DNA of 64,000 nucleotides, taken from positions 148,846 through 212,845 of the forward strand of contig JAFCDQ010000003.1 in NCBI GenBank assembly GCA_017609645.1, given 5' to 3'. The stretch is from Candidatus Woesearchaeota archaeon (GTDB lineage: Archaea; Nanobdellota; Nanobdellia; Woesearchaeales; ARS49). A model generated the notes under the pieces. That model saw nothing but the letters and a program-made list of their open reading frames with translations. It did no database searches and was not told where the DNA came from. Both the position numbers and the translations under genes were made by a program. Positions 62,702 through 64,000 of this stretch are shown piece by piece; the stretch's first letter is position 1, and every line of letters begins with the position of its first letter.

Positions 62702-62965
62702 TTATTTCTTTTCTGAATATATCAAACTTACACCAGCATAAAGTATACATGCCCAAGGACTTGCATAAACAGCATACTCTGTGGCAGTTTCTAATGAAGA
62801 ATAATCAGCTCCCGTAGTTACCAAACCCAGAACAAAGCCTACTGCTAAAGCACCTTTTCCTGTACCTCGGGCTATTTTCTTCAATAAACCTTCTTGTTCA
62901 GGCATTTGATTACTAAATTCAGTTTCAACTAAACTTTGTTCTATTTCACTTAGTTCTTCACTCAT
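62702..62965 (-). CDS. Small hypothetical membrane protein (87 aa)
   Basis: Acidic N-terminus plus two hydrophobic segments; no homolog recognised. Confidence 0.35.
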   Translation of the reverse strand: MSEELSEIEQSLVETEFSNQMPEQEGLLKKIARGTGKGALAVGFVLGLVTTGADYSSLETATEYAVYASPWACILYAGVSLIYSEKK

Positions 62966-62998
62966 TCTCAGTCAAAATCAAGAATTCTTATTTAAAAC

Positions 62999-63526
62999 TT
63001 ACTTCTTTAATTTAGATTTTACTGCTTTTTCAGAAATTATTGCTGAATTTCCTGTAGGATCTTCAAGAATTATCTTCACTTTCTCACTGCCCCATAAAAC
63101 TTTCTGCAGTTTCTTCAGTAACCTTTTAGCTTTTTTCTTGTCATCATCATCTTCTGCAGTTTCTTTGACATTTTCTATCTGCACTTTAAACTTATTCAAT
63201 AAACCCTCTACATTAGTCACATAGCCGTTGCTTGCAGGTCCTGGCGTTATTTCGCCGACATGAGGTATCTTTACCGTTGCCTCAGCGCTTTTCACAACCC
63301 TAACATTCAAATCTTCTTTAGAACTAACTTCAAAAGTATATTTAGCAGGCTCATGCACTTTATCTGCTTCAATATCTGATTTATGATATTTGCACTTAGA
63401 ACAATCCATGGAAAACACATGCACTTTGCCGAAAAAAGGTATTTCTTGCTCTGACTCTGACAAAGTCAGGTTCTTTGTATTACAAAATGGACAAGGCTGC
63501 CCTTTTAACTGATTTACTTTAGCCAT
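62999..63526 (-). CDS. ZPR1-type zinc-finger domain protein (COG1779-like)
   Basis: CPFC-(N22)-IPFFGKV-(N6)-CSKCKY matches the ZPR1 C4 finger; 175 aa. Confidence 0.65.
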   Translation of the reverse strand: MAKVNQLKGQPCPFCNTKNLTLSESEQEIPFFGKVHVFSMDCSKCKYHKSDIEADKVHEPAKYTFEVSSKEDLNVRVVKSAEATVKIPHVGEITPGPASNGYVTNVEGLLNKFKVQIENVKETAEDDDDKKKAKRLLKKLQKVLWGSEKVKIILEDPTGNSAIISEKAVKSKLKK

Positions 63527-63582
63527 AATTATATACTCAAAACCGAGAATACTTAAAAAGTTTTCTCAACAAGCAAATTAAC

Positions 63583-64000
63583 ATGATTTTAAAAAGAGTG
63601 ATCCTTAATAATATTAGATCTTATAAAAATCAAGAGATTAAATTTCCTGACTCTAAAACACTATTAGCTGGCGATATTGGTTCAGGTAAATCTACCATTC
63701 TATTAGCAATCGAGTTTGCTTTGTTTGGTACGTTAAGAGCTGAACTTTCAGGAAATGCTTTGTTAAGAAACGGCTCGGATTCAGGAACTGTTGACCTTGA
63801 GTTTGAAATTGAAAATAAAACTTATCTCATACACAGAGGATTAAAACGCACTAAAAAATCTGTTGAACAAGAAGCAGGCTATATTGTTTTTGATAATAAT
63901 AGACAAGACCTGACTCCTATTGAATTAAAAGCTTTCATCCTTAATCTTTTAGAATATCCTAAAGAATACATAACTAAAAGTAAAAATTTAATTTACCGTT
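63583..64000 (+). CDS. Rad50/SbcC/SMC-family ATPase, N-terminal fragment; the gene continues past the window end
   Basis: I translated it by hand from the ATG at 63583: MILKRVILNNIRSYKNQEIKFPDSKTLLAGDIGSGKSTILLAIEFALFG. It has the Walker A motif and the Rad50-like N-terminus NFRSY...F...G. The frame is open to the window edge. Confidence 0.55.
   Translation, partial: MILKRVILNNIRSYKNQEIKFPDSKTLLAGDIGSGKSTILLAIEFALFGTLRAELSGNALLRNGSDSGTVDLEFEIENKTYLIHRGLKRTKKSVEQEAGYIVFDNNRQDLTPIELKAFILNLLEYPKEYITKSKNLIYR

Overview
AT-rich (roughly 30% GC by eye) archaeal chromosomal window. Archaeal hallmarks include r-proteins S6e and L21e, Pth2, PurO, SepF, an RpoF-like gene next to rpl21e, class III (prepilin-like) signal peptides, lipobox-anchored solute-binding proteins, and a mix of leaderless and Shine-Dalgarno-led genes. 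The window has three blocks. (1) 1.7-22.7 kb: a tightly packed minus-strand locus of giant secreted proteins (2282, 1085 and 870 aa) interleaved with unusually large proteins carrying class III signal peptides (663, 711 and 158 aa). Its gene junctions overlap by a few nucleotides, and rps6e and pth2 are embedded in it. No assembly ATPase, platform protein or prepilin peptidase is present in the window. This is the best candidate for an undescribed cell-surface system. (2) 22.7-34 kb: housekeeping genes (ThrRS, GluRS, a methyltransferase) mixed with accessory genes. The accessory genes are a lipoprotein with about 35-aa repeats and a CHAT/caspase-like C-terminal domain, a UPF0175-PIN toxin-antitoxin-like pair, a TIR/NDT-like-Ser/Thr kinase-TPR fusion, and an unannotated DUF1931 histone-fold mini-ORF. 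(3) 34-50 kb: a single LivFGHM ABC transporter core plus six paralogous LivK-like substrate-binding lipoproteins. Each binding protein is paired with its own regulator (three tandem-duplicated Lrp/AsnC fusions, two HTH_10 Bat-like regulators, one TrmB), and the intergenic DNA carries matching palindromic operator candidates. Then comes a purine operon: domain-only PurH, PurO, PurB, PurD and a eukaryote-PAICS-like PurC-PurE fusion. It is followed by two divergent GHKL/histidine-kinase-like ATPase genes behind an unusual repeat-plus-hairpin leader, acdA, rpoF-rpl21e, sepF, nfi, a ZPR1-like zinc-finger protein and a truncated Rad50/SMC-like ATPase. A partial subtilase gene missing from the ORF track runs off the 5' edge on the minus strand. 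No rRNA, tRNA, CRISPR array or transposase was recognised.
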